NCBI GenBank assembly: GCA_039586365.1
Contig: JBDHKN010000123.1
Coordinates: forward strand, 1-16,628
DNA from: Gemmatimonadota bacterium
Lineage (GTDB): Bacteria > Gemmatimonadota > Gemmatimonadetes > Gemmatimonadales > GWC2-71-9
Direction of reading: 5' to 3'
DNA length: 16,628 nt
Positions 7,402-15,376 of this stretch are shown here, in pieces. Positions within the stretch are counted from its first letter, which is position 1. The number at the start of each line of letters is the position of its first letter. The translations under genes were made by a program, and so were the position numbers. The notes below the pieces were generated by a model that saw only the letters and a program-made list of their open reading frames with translations, was not told where the DNA came from and ran no database searches.

Positions 7402-9201
7402 TCAGGTTGCAGTGGAAAACGGCAGCTCAAGGACAAATATAGTGCCCTGATGTTGCTGTGTATTTTCCGCCCGTATTTGTCCCCCCTGTAGTTCCACCAG
7501 ACGTTTGGCCAGAGCCAAGCCGCTGCCCCGGGCCAGATCGATGTGGTCTGTGCTCGATTTTACCTGTTCGAAAGGTTTGAAGATACCCTCCAGAATCTCC
7601 CGAGAAATTGCCACATCGAAACAGTCAACCCGGAATTCCAGGGATTGCGCTTTCAAACCTTTGTCGCTGATTCGGACACCTAGCTGAACATGACCGCCGT
7701 CGGGGGTAAGGGCTACCGCTTTGCTCAAAATATTAAAGAGGACCTGCTTGACTTTCCGAACGTCGAGGAAGATATCTTCTGGAAGAGTTTCCGCCTGCAG
7801 GGTGATGCTTATTCCATGTTTGAGGGCTTTCTCTCTCAGGAGCATCAGAGTACCCTCTAGGATCTCCGGCAGGTATGCGGGTTCACTCTGCACTTCCAGC
7901 ATTCCCGCATCGATTTTCGTAATTTCAACAATATCATTGATCAGGTCCAATAATTCTCGTGCGCTGTCCAGAACATCCCGCAGATACTCCTCTTGAGTTT
8001 CGGTTAGCTCCCCGACCTGTTCATCCACCACCAGTTCCGTAAATCCTATGATGTGGTGCAGAGGTGTGCGTAGCTCGTGGCTCATATTGGCAAGAAATTC
8101 GCTCTTTGCAAGGTTGGCTTCCTCGGCCAGAGCCTTGGCCTCGCGTAGACCCTGCTCCGCCCTGATACGTTCAGTGATGTCTCGGAATACAAGGATCTGG
8201 CTGACCGGCTGCTCCTGTTTGAATACCCAGGATCGACGCAGGCTGTAGCTTCGCCGGTTCTCCAAAATTTTAAAAACAGACTCCTTTTCCTCAGCCTGGG
8301 GATCTCCGGGTATTTGACCCACCATTGGCAGTCCCGTCGGAACGAGTTCTTGCACCGTTCTTCCGATCAGGGATTTCCCGACGTGACGAAAAATCTTGTC
8401 TGCGGCGGTATTGACAGACACTATTCGTCCGGAAGGATTGGCCACGAGCACGCCGTCACTCATGTTGCTGACCGCCATCTCATAGGAGGTAGAAACGATG
8501 TTGCCAAACTGATAGTAAAGAAGGTTCCAGGTGATGATCAGGCCGGTGATCAGGAAACCAAAGGGAGCGAAATCCAATCCCGGCAACGGCTTGATATCGA
8601 GCATGTCGAAAAAACTTCCGATCCAGGGAAAGATCACAGCTAGGATCAGCAACCCTGCCTGTCTGCGCTCAATCGACTTTTCCCGAAGATAGATACGAAA
8701 GAGCAACACCATTCCGACCAGCAGCAACAGGTAGGTATAGGAGATCACAAAATATAACCAGGGTCCCCAGGATCGGGTCAGAAGAACAAACGGCCCGGAG
8801 GTGTCCAAGTGCATATTTGAGGCGATGAGATGGTGATATCTGTTGGTCCCCATCAGCACGACGGTGGCAACAGCAGGAATGCTCAACGGAACGAGTACCT
8901 CGGTACGCAGCCAGCGGCCGAGTCCGGAATAAGTGGTGATGAAGGCGAACCAGCTGACTGAGATGAACGCTCCTGCTCCGAACTGCAGATTCTGGGCGAG
9001 AATTTTGGGAGCAAGCGCTGTTAAGGTGAGCTCCATGGCGTAGCCGAACATCCACAAGCTCAAATCCCAGAGCAGAAGAGCCGCGTAGCGGCTCCGCACC
9101 GATGCGCCGCGCCAGATGAAGACCCCGCAGATAGCGGTAATGGAAGTGGCCAGGAGAATCGGTACCGTATATGGAGTCAATTGCCAGGATAATGCGCTCA
9201 T
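7402..9201 (-). CDS. 7TM (HisKA_7TM-like) - PAS - HisKA - HATPase sensor histidine kinase-like protein with degenerate ATP-binding boxes (599 aa)
   Basis: About 7 hydrophobic segments in the first 230 aa, including the TNRYHHL motif. PAS-like segment MSDGVLV..GRIVSVNTAA...FRDITER. H-box EFLANMSHELRTPL. F-box IFKPFEQ. C-terminal LVELQGGQI..GTIFVLELP. Confidence 0.9.
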   Translation of the reverse strand: MSALSWQLTPYTVPILLATSITAICGVFIWRGASVRSRYAALLLWDLSLWMFGYAMELTLTALAPKILAQNLQFGAGAFISVSWFAFITTYSGLGRWLRTEVLVPLSIPAVATVVLMGTNRYHHLIASNMHLDTSGPFVLLTRSWGPWLYFVISYTYLLLLVGMVLLFRIYLREKSIERRQAGLLILAVIFPWIGSFFDMLDIKPLPGLDFAPFGFLITGLIITWNLLYYQFGNIVSTSYEMAVSNMSDGVLVANPSGRIVSVNTAADKIFRHVGKSLIGRTVQELVPTGLPMVGQIPGDPQAEEKESVFKILENRRSYSLRRSWVFKQEQPVSQILVFRDITERIRAEQGLREAKALAEEANLAKSEFLANMSHELRTPLHHIIGFTELVVDEQVGELTETQEEYLRDVLDSARELLDLINDIVEITKIDAGMLEVQSEPAYLPEILEGTLMLLREKALKHGISITLQAETLPEDIFLDVRKVKQVLFNILSKAVALTPDGGHVQLGVRISDKGLKAQSLEFRVDCFDVAISREILEGIFKPFEQVKSSTDHIDLARGSGLALAKRLVELQGGQIRAENTQQHQGTIFVLELPFSTAT

Positions 9202-9214
9202 CGGTTTGGTGTGA

Positions 9215-9220
9215 ATTATA
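9215..9220 (-). promoter_or_regulatory. Candidate sigma70 -10 box for the kinase operon
   Basis: A perfect TATAAT on the minus strand, 13 nt upstream of the ATG at 9201, in an AT-richer intergenic region. The -35 match is weak (TTAATC, 18-nt spacer). Confidence 0.45.
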
Positions 9221-9309
9221 GCCTGAAAGCACGGAGATGATTAATCCCAAGCAGGTAAAAACTGGGTGGCACGACCGTCGGTCAGATCGAGGGATAGATG
9301 ATTTAGCAG

Positions 9310-9894
9310 TCAGCGAATAAGAAGAGCGGCCAGGGGTATGAAGACTCCGACCTTTACCAGCACCGCAAGAAGCACATACACCCAGGGCTGTGCTTCTTCC
9401 ATCTTTGCCAGTCCCACGCTGATCAGCGCGATCTCCCAAACAGAGATGAGGGCGTGGATCAGGGGCGTTATCCCGCGGCCGTAAACGTCTAGGGCGATTG
9501 TTGTCCAATCGACAAGCCAGGTCACCGGCATCGGAATCAGCAGCCCGAAACCGACGACATTCATAATCCAATCGAAGTCGCTCTCCTTTCCCATTCCCCT
9601 AAGGATGAGATGAACAAGCGCGCTGGCCAGCAACCAACAGGTCAGACCGAAGAGAGGAAGAAAGAAGATTTCCGCCGTGTAGTATTGATCGGTAGCAATA
9701 AAGGTGAGGTAGGAAGGGTAGAAAGGAGTACGGTCGAGAAGACGGAGAGCCAGAATCGAGGTCAGAGAAGTAATCACGAATCGAACGAGTATAGCCCACA
9801 GTCCCCAGTAGGGGGCGGGCTTGGGCTGAAGTCTCTTGAAGGCCCGCGACGGATTATACAGCCCCTGAAACCAGATTCTAATAAACGTCATCAT
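9310..9894 (-). CDS. Yip1-family-like multi-pass membrane protein (about 194 aa)
   Basis: N-terminal GLYNPSRAFKRL resembles the Yip1-type 'L..P...F..l' motif and is followed by about 5 hydrophobic helices. The start is placed at ATG 9894 rather than 10431 because the longer ORF overlaps the divergent gene and a promoter-like element lies at 9914-9941. Confidence 0.7.
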   Translation of the reverse strand: MMTFIRIWFQGLYNPSRAFKRLQPKPAPYWGLWAILVRFVITSLTSILALRLLDRTPFYPSYLTFIATDQYYTAEIFFLPLFGLTCWLLASALVHLILRGMGKESDFDWIMNVVGFGLLIPMPVTWLVDWTTIALDVYGRGITPLIHALISVWEIALISVGLAKMEEAQPWVYVLLAVLVKVGVFIPLAALLIR

Positions 9895-9913
9895 CGTTAC
9901 ACGACCAGATTTC

Positions 9914-9941
9914 AGTATATGTCTAACTGCGATTCGGTCAA
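9914..9941 (-). promoter_or_regulatory. Candidate sigma70 promoter for the Yip1-like gene
   Basis: TTGACC (9941-9936), a 16-nt spacer and TATACT (9919-9914) on the minus strand. Confidence 0.5.
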
Positions 9942-10023
9942 GGAGACTCATCGACGGGTCCCAGCCCTTGACCAGTCCGGGCTTGATCCGGATGATCACA
10001 GACAGGATGTACAGGGAGGAATA

Positions 10024-10863
10024 ATGAAGAAATACGCTATTTGCAATGAGCTTTTTGGAGACATGGCTTTTCAGGATTCCTGTTCCCTGCTTCAGAAGCA
10101 CGGGTATCACGGCATAGAGATTGCTCCGTTTACTCTGTTTGACGAGCCAGGACGATTCAGATCGGATCAGATCAGTGAGATACGTCGCGTGCTGGTAGAC
10201 CACGATCTGGAGTTTACCGGGCTGCATTGGCTTTTTCTCAAACCTGAGGGATTGCATATCACCACTCCGGACGAGGCGATCCGCCGTCGATCTTGGGATC
10301 ATCTCAAACGGCTGGTGGATCTTGCGGGACAGCTCGGTGGAGGTGTTCTGGTGCTGGGGTCTCCGAAACAGCGCCACAGCGTCGGCATCAGCAGGCAGCA
10401 GGCTACGGCCTACCTGGAAGAAGGTCTGCACCTGGAAGAAGGTCTGCGGTCTCTAGGAGATTTCACCGCCCAGAGGAAGTGCACCATCCTGCTGGAGTCT
10501 CTGTCCAGCAGCACCACCGATGTGGTCAATACCATTGCCGAGGCTGAAAGTTCAATTGGACGGATCGGGCATCCGGCAATTCAAGGTATATTTGACTTCC
10601 ACAACTGTACCGACGAGACCAAGAGATGGGAGGAGTTGATCGAAGATCACTTCACGATCTTCCGTCATGTCCATCTCAACGAGGTCAACGGCAGTTATCC
10701 CGGCACGGGAAGCTCCGACTTTCTTCCCGCCTTCAAGAAGCTGGCGGAGAAAGGGTATGGGGGCTGGATCTCTCTGGAAATCTTCCACGTACCCGAAGAT
10801 CCTGGACTGGTGCTGGCCGAGACCAAGCGGTTTCTCGATGGGATGAAGGAGGCGCTGGGATAG
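10024..10863 (+). CDS. Sugar phosphate isomerase/epimerase family TIM-barrel protein (xylose isomerase-like / ketose 3-epimerase-like, 279 aa)
   Basis: GYHGIEIAPF, LAGQLGG..LVLGSP..R, and a metal-ligand pattern E (LLESL), D/H (FDFHN), H (HVHLNE), E (SLEIF). SD AGGGAGG directly precedes the ATG at 10024, so the ORF-track start at 9610 is too long. Confidence 0.88.
   Translation: MKKYAICNELFGDMAFQDSCSLLQKHGYHGIEIAPFTLFDEPGRFRSDQISEIRRVLVDHDLEFTGLHWLFLKPEGLHITTPDEAIRRRSWDHLKRLVDLAGQLGGGVLVLGSPKQRHSVGISRQQATAYLEEGLHLEEGLRSLGDFTAQRKCTILLESLSSSTTDVVNTIAEAESSIGRIGHPAIQGIFDFHNCTDETKRWEELIEDHFTIFRHVHLNEVNGSYPGTGSSDFLPAFKKLAEKGYGGWISLEIFHVPEDPGLVLAETKRFLDGMKEALG
10412..10447 (+). repeat. Perfect 18-bp tandem duplication, in frame
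   Basis: ACCTGGAAGAAGGTCTGC occurs at 10412-10429 and again at 10430-10447. The protein reads YLEEGLHLEEGLR. Confidence 0.95.
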
Positions 10864-10868
10864 ATAAT

Positions 10869-11951
10869 ATGCTTCGTATCTGCGATCTCCACTGCGACAC
10901 CGCCCTGCTCTGGCAGGCTGGGACATCCCTGGAAGATACGTCCCTGCATGTCAGCCTGCCGTATCTACAACAGGGGAAGGTGGGGCTCCAGGTGTTCGCC
11001 GCCTACGTTCCGGCATCCCTGCCGAAAGATCAGCGCTTCTCCTTTGCCAGACAGACGATCGACCGCTTGAAAAACGAAATTCAGAGATATCCCTCCCAGA
11101 TCGCTCTGTGCCGCAATAGCTATGAGGTTGAGGCGGCCGTAGCAGGGGGTAAGATTGCCGCCCTCCTGGCAGTTGAAAGCGGAGATGCCATAGAGAACGA
11201 TCTAAAAAAGCTGGAGACACTCCACAAAATGGGTGTACGGCTCTTGACCCTAATTCATTTCAAGAGCAATGACTGGGTGATTTCCTCGAATGACAAGGAA
11301 CCAAAGCTCGACGGCCTTTCCGAGTTTGGGGAAGAGGTGGTGACAGGGATGAACGATCTGGGGATGATTGTTGATGTTTCCCACGCCCATGATCGGACGG
11401 TAGAGAGGGTTCTCGAATGCAGCCGAGCTCCGATCGTAGCCTCCCACTCCTGTATGTATGGTATCTGTCCGATCCCGCGAAACATAAAAGACGACCTGAT
11501 CCGTGGCATAGCCGCAGGAGGAGGTGTCGTTGGAATCGCCTTTCAGCCCGCCTTTCTGGATTGCGCCTTCAGGGAGATCGTGGAAAAACGAGGCAAGGAT
11601 GTGTTTTCCGAGCTCGATCGTTTGACCAGACAGGCAGGCTCCAACGGCGCCGAACTGGGTCGGGCCTGGATGAAATTCGTCAGAGATTTCAAGAACATGA
11701 GGCAACAGGAAAGAGTCCCCCTGGAAAAGCTCCTCCAACATGTCGATTACCTCGTCGATCTGGGCGGAGAGGATCACGCAGCTTTCGGCTCGGATTTCGA
11801 CGGTATACCCGACACACCCGAGGGCGTCGACGATTGTAGGGGTTTCCTCAACATCCTTGAAGGGCTACGTCTACGCGGCTACACACGGAGGCGGCTGGAG
11901 AAGATCTGCTGGTCCAACTTTTTCCGCGTGTTCAGATCTGTCTGCGGATAG
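10869..11951 (+). CDS. Membrane dipeptidase family (peptidase M19) metallo-dipeptidase (360 aa)
   Basis: DLHCDT, LQVFA, LLAVES, GLSEFGEEVV..MNDLGMIVDVSH, PIVASHS, RNIKD and FGSDFDG. The ATG at 10869 is 5 nt after the isomerase stop. Confidence 0.92.
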   Translation: MLRICDLHCDTALLWQAGTSLEDTSLHVSLPYLQQGKVGLQVFAAYVPASLPKDQRFSFARQTIDRLKNEIQRYPSQIALCRNSYEVEAAVAGGKIAALLAVESGDAIENDLKKLETLHKMGVRLLTLIHFKSNDWVISSNDKEPKLDGLSEFGEEVVTGMNDLGMIVDVSHAHDRTVERVLECSRAPIVASHSCMYGICPIPRNIKDDLIRGIAAGGGVVGIAFQPAFLDCAFREIVEKRGKDVFSELDRLTRQAGSNGAELGRAWMKFVRDFKNMRQQERVPLEKLLQHVDYLVDLGGEDHAAFGSDFDGIPDTPEGVDDCRGFLNILEGLRLRGYTRRRLEKICWSNFFRVFRSVCG

Positions 11952-11986
11952 AGGATTACCTCTTCGGCGCATTCTCTCACTTACCG

Positions 11987-13717
11987 CTACTGCCCATCGT
12001 CAACAAGTCCGGCTTGAGCCGTGTACAGGTCCGCATACAACCCCGGTTGGTCCCTCAGCTGTTCATGGCTTCCCCGCTGCGCGATGCCCGCTTCGGTGAG
12101 TACGATGATCTCGCCGGCGTTTCGGATCGTAGACAGGCGGTGGGCGATGATCAGAGTCGTGCGTCCTTCGATCAGCTTTCCCAAGGCTTCCTGAATGATC
12201 ATCTCGGTGTGGGTGTCGAGGGAGCTGGTAGCCTCATCCAGAATGAGGATACGGGGATTCTTCAGAAAGGCCCGGGCAATGGAGATCCTCTGCTTCTGAC
12301 CACCTGAGAGTTTGATGCCCTTCTCGCCGATATGGGTGTCATAGCCCGAGGGAAGTTCGAGGATGAACTCGTGCGCTCCGGCATGGCGGGACGCCTGCTC
12401 GACCTCCTCCTCCGTCGCCCCGGGCTTACCGTAGGAGATATTGTCCCGGATCGTGCCTGTGAACAAGAATACGTCCTGCTGTACCATGCCGACCGCCGCC
12501 CGTAGGGATTGCAGGCTGACGTGCCGCACGTCGCTGCGGTCAACCAGCACCCGTCCCTCCTCAGGTTCGTAGAAACGAGGAATCAGGTTGCAGAAGGTGG
12601 TCTTGCCTGCACCGGAGGGTCCCACCAGAGCTACTACACTTCCAGGATCGATCGAGAGGTTCAAATTTCTCAGCACGTGGCGCCGGGTATCGTAGCTGAA
12701 AGTGACATTCTCAAAATCGATCCGACCCTCAACAACGCTCAATTTCACAGCCCCTGGGACCTCCCGAATATCCGATTCTTCGTCCATGATCTCGAAGAAG
12801 CGCCGCAGACCGGCACCCATGCGCTGTACCATCTCCACGGTGCGGGACAGGCGTTCGATCGGTTCCAGGTAGATTCCCACGTAGAACAGAAAGGCGACCA
12901 GAGTACCAAGACTCATGCCTCCGGAGATCACAAACAAACCTCCAGCAACGATGATCACCAGTCTGGAAACATCTCTCATCAGGAAAACACCGCCGTAGAA
13001 GGAAGCAAGGATCCAGAGAACGGAGCGCCAGGAACGGTAATAGGTCCTGTTCAGATCGTCGAAGTTCTCCCTCTCCTGTTTCTCCCGAGTGAAGGACTGC
13101 ATGACTCGAATCCCGGAGATAATGTTCTCCACCTTGGCGTTGATACCGGCAATGGCATCGTTGATTCCCTCGAAACCCCGGCGAATCCGGCCGCCCAGCA
13201 CACCCGAATAGGCCGCCATGATCGGGACGGGAATCAGGCAGATCAAGGCCAACTTCCAGCTCATTGTAAAGAGCACGATGTAGGAACCGAGGAGCGTGGT
13301 CACGGCCAGAAAAATATCCTCCGGGGCGTGGTTCACCGCGTCGGTTACCCTGCCGATGTCGTTGATCATACGGGACATCAGTTCTCCGGTCTGCCGGTTG
13401 TCGAAGAAGCGAAAGGAGAGGGTCTGCAGATGGTAGAAGAGATCGCGGCGCATATCCTTCTCCATCTTCACCGCCATCAGGTGTCCCGCGTAGAGGGTGT
13501 AGAAATTGCATCCGTACTTCACCAGCATCATCGAGGTAATCAGCAGGCCCAACTGGAATACGGCTTTCAAGTTTCCGGCGGGAATCAGAGAATCCACCAT
13601 GATCTTGAGCAGATATGGTACGGCGATGGTCATGGCGGATATAAGGGTTACAGCGACCAGGTCGCTCGCCAGCAGATACCAGTAAGGTTTGTAATACAAT
13701 AGTACCCGTCGGATCAT
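11987..13717 (-). CDS. ABC exporter with fused transmembrane and ATP-binding domains (Sav1866/MsbA-like, 576 aa)
   Basis: Six-helix membrane domain with FFDNRQTGELMSR, Walker A GPSGAGKT, Q-loop VQQD, signature LSGGQKQR, Walker B ILILDEATSSLD and H-loop IAHRLST. Confidence 0.95.
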   Translation of the reverse strand: MIRRVLLYYKPYWYLLASDLVAVTLISAMTIAVPYLLKIMVDSLIPAGNLKAVFQLGLLITSMMLVKYGCNFYTLYAGHLMAVKMEKDMRRDLFYHLQTLSFRFFDNRQTGELMSRMINDIGRVTDAVNHAPEDIFLAVTTLLGSYIVLFTMSWKLALICLIPVPIMAAYSGVLGGRIRRGFEGINDAIAGINAKVENIISGIRVMQSFTREKQERENFDDLNRTYYRSWRSVLWILASFYGGVFLMRDVSRLVIIVAGGLFVISGGMSLGTLVAFLFYVGIYLEPIERLSRTVEMVQRMGAGLRRFFEIMDEESDIREVPGAVKLSVVEGRIDFENVTFSYDTRRHVLRNLNLSIDPGSVVALVGPSGAGKTTFCNLIPRFYEPEEGRVLVDRSDVRHVSLQSLRAAVGMVQQDVFLFTGTIRDNISYGKPGATEEEVEQASRHAGAHEFILELPSGYDTHIGEKGIKLSGGQKQRISIARAFLKNPRILILDEATSSLDTHTEMIIQEALGKLIEGRTTLIIAHRLSTIRNAGEIIVLTEAGIAQRGSHEQLRDQPGLYADLYTAQAGLVDDGQ

Positions 13718-14913
13718 ACCGGCGGCCGATTCTTTCTGTGCTCGGACCGACCCTTAATGTGCTTCTTGTTCCGGTACATCGATTTGTCCGCCTGTACGAG
13801 AAGCTCGTTGAGGCTGACCGGATTCTGGGGATCAAAGGTGGCCACTCCCATGCTTATGAAAAAAGAGTATGGTCGTTGCACCTTGCGATTGTAGGCTTCA
13901 AGGTTTTTTCTCAGACGGCCGAAGAGCACTTCCGCATTGATTTCGGGTTTCTCAGTAATGAGAACAACAAACTCATCCCCGCCGATGCGGGACAGAATGT
14001 CGGATTCCCTGAAGGTTTGCCGAATTATCTGGGCAGCGTCCACTAGTGCCCGATCTCCTTCATGATGTCCGAAGCGGTCGTTGATTCCCTTCAGTCCGTC
14101 CAGGTCTGCGGAGACCAGGAGCATGCCCCGTCGAGTCCTAGCTGCGATCTTGATCTGCTGCTCCGCTAGGATGAAGAATCCTCTTCTGTTGTACAGTCCG
14201 GTGAGCTCGTCGGAAAGACTCAGGGTGCGCAGTTCTTCTAATACCCGCTGTCTATCTTTGAGGTACTGTGTCGCTCTGGACACGCTGATAATCACGGCGA
14301 TCAACAGAACCGCTGCCATTCCGAAGAGCACAACCGAAGACAGGTTGATCAGGGATCTAAGTTTCTGCTTCTCGGCACTTATATCGTAGTAGATCTCGAA
14401 AACACCGATCAGTCTCCCCCCTCGGATGATTGGGACATAGGTTTCGACCACGTCTGTGCTTACGTACCGGTTCTCAAATGACATACCGCCCCTCTCCACC
14501 GGTTCGGCCAGAACCTTCGGGTCAGCTATCATCTGGCGGAAATATGGATCCTGATTCACCTCGCCTATCTCGTCGGATTTGCTGGAGTAGAGGATCCGTC
14601 CGGATGGTGAATAGATCCGCAGCCGAACGAACTGGGAGTCCTGCTCGATTTTCCGGATTTGATTGATAATTTCCTCTGTCAGTGAGCCAGGCTTTAGTTC
14701 CTGGTCGTCTACGACGATCAATCCGCTGAGGTATTTCGCAATGCCTACCGCCTCATTCACGGTAAACTCTTCGAGGAGTCGGGTGATGTTCGGGTATTGG
14801 TGAAAGAGCGTGAACAAGGGGAACAGGACAATCGTTATGATTGACACTACCACGATGGCTGTGAGAAACGTGGGTCTGGAGTAGGTAATTCCGTCAACGG
14901 TCTCGAGCTTCAT
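13714..14913 (-). CDS. Membrane-bound diguanylate cyclase: 2 TM helices, extracytoplasmic sensor and GGDEF domain (399 aa)
   Basis: DELTGLYNRRGF, DLDGLKGINDRFGHHEGD, the RESD I-site, an intact RIGGDEF, SMGVA and ADKSMY. Two hydrophobic segments flank a loop of about 150 aa. Confidence 0.93.
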   Translation of the reverse strand: MKLETVDGITYSRPTFLTAIVVVSIITIVLFPLFTLFHQYPNITRLLEEFTVNEAVGIAKYLSGLIVVDDQELKPGSLTEEIINQIRKIEQDSQFVRLRIYSPSGRILYSSKSDEIGEVNQDPYFRQMIADPKVLAEPVERGGMSFENRYVSTDVVETYVPIIRGGRLIGVFEIYYDISAEKQKLRSLINLSSVVLFGMAAVLLIAVIISVSRATQYLKDRQRVLEELRTLSLSDELTGLYNRRGFFILAEQQIKIAARTRRGMLLVSADLDGLKGINDRFGHHEGDRALVDAAQIIRQTFRESDILSRIGGDEFVVLITEKPEINAEVLFGRLRKNLEAYNRKVQRPYSFFISMGVATFDPQNPVSLNELLVQADKSMYRNKKHIKGRSEHRKNRPPV

Positions 14914-14974
14914 CTATACCTTCAAAATACCCTACCGCGACAGGTGCATGCAACCAGATTTTCCCCAAACTGTG

Positions 14975-15376
14975 TCACCTCAGCTGCGTGAGCTCGGTGA
15001 GCACATTGGCAGAGGACTTGGGGTGAAGGAAGGCGATCCGGCTGCCGTGGGCGCCGGAGCGGGGAGTCTCGTCGATCATCCGGATCTGTTTACCCTTCAG
15101 TTCTGCGATCTGTTCTTCGATATCATCCACCTGATAAGAGATATGGTGCATCCCTTCCCCGCGCTTTTCGATGAACGTGGAGATCGGACTGTCGGTAGAG
15201 GTCGGTTCGAGGAGCTCTATGTTCACCTCTCCGAGGCGAAATACCGCAAGGCGTACCTTCTGGTCATCTACAACTTCCGTTCCCCCGTACTCCATCTTCA
15301 GCACGTCTCTGTAGAAGGGTATGTGTTCGGCCAGAGAGCGGACCGCAATGGCGATATGATTAATTTGTTCGATCAT
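14975..15376 (-). CDS. mce: Methylmalonyl-CoA epimerase (VOC family, 133 aa)
   Basis: [43 protein letters not shown]...VLTEL. SD AAGGAGG lies 6 nt before the ATG at 15376. The gene is adjacent to meaB. Confidence 0.93.
   Translation of the reverse strand: MIEQINHIAIAVRSLAEHIPFYRDVLKMEYGGTEVVDDQKVRLAVFRLGEVNIELLEPTSTDSPISTFIEKRGEGMHHISYQVDDIEEQIAELKGKQIRMIDETPRSGAHGSRIAFLHPKSSANVLTELTQLR

Noticed and set aside
8669..9571. 300-aa alternative-frame ORF spanning the Yip1-like gene and the kinase
   Set aside because: It is Arg/Ser-rich, has no motifs and overlaps two better-supported genes.
9610..10431. Apparent 800-bp bidirectional overlap of the Yip1-like and isomerase ORFs
   Set aside because: Both are upstream over-extensions. 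Family motifs, the SD and promoter-like elements support starts at 9894 (-) and 10024 (+).
10626..10868. 81-aa N-terminal extension of the dipeptidase
   Set aside because: It overlaps the isomerase. The family HxD motif follows immediately after the ATG at 10869.
11950..11963. AGAGG-ATTA-CCTCT hairpin between the convergent dipeptidase and exporter genes
   Set aside because: The stem is only 5 bp with no U-tract, too weak to call a terminator.
12509..13835. Long ORFs 12509..13702 (+, 397 aa) and 12729..13835 (-, 368 aa)
   Set aside because: Both lie over the well-supported ABC exporter, have atypical composition (His/Gln-rich or Arg-rich) and show no domain motifs.
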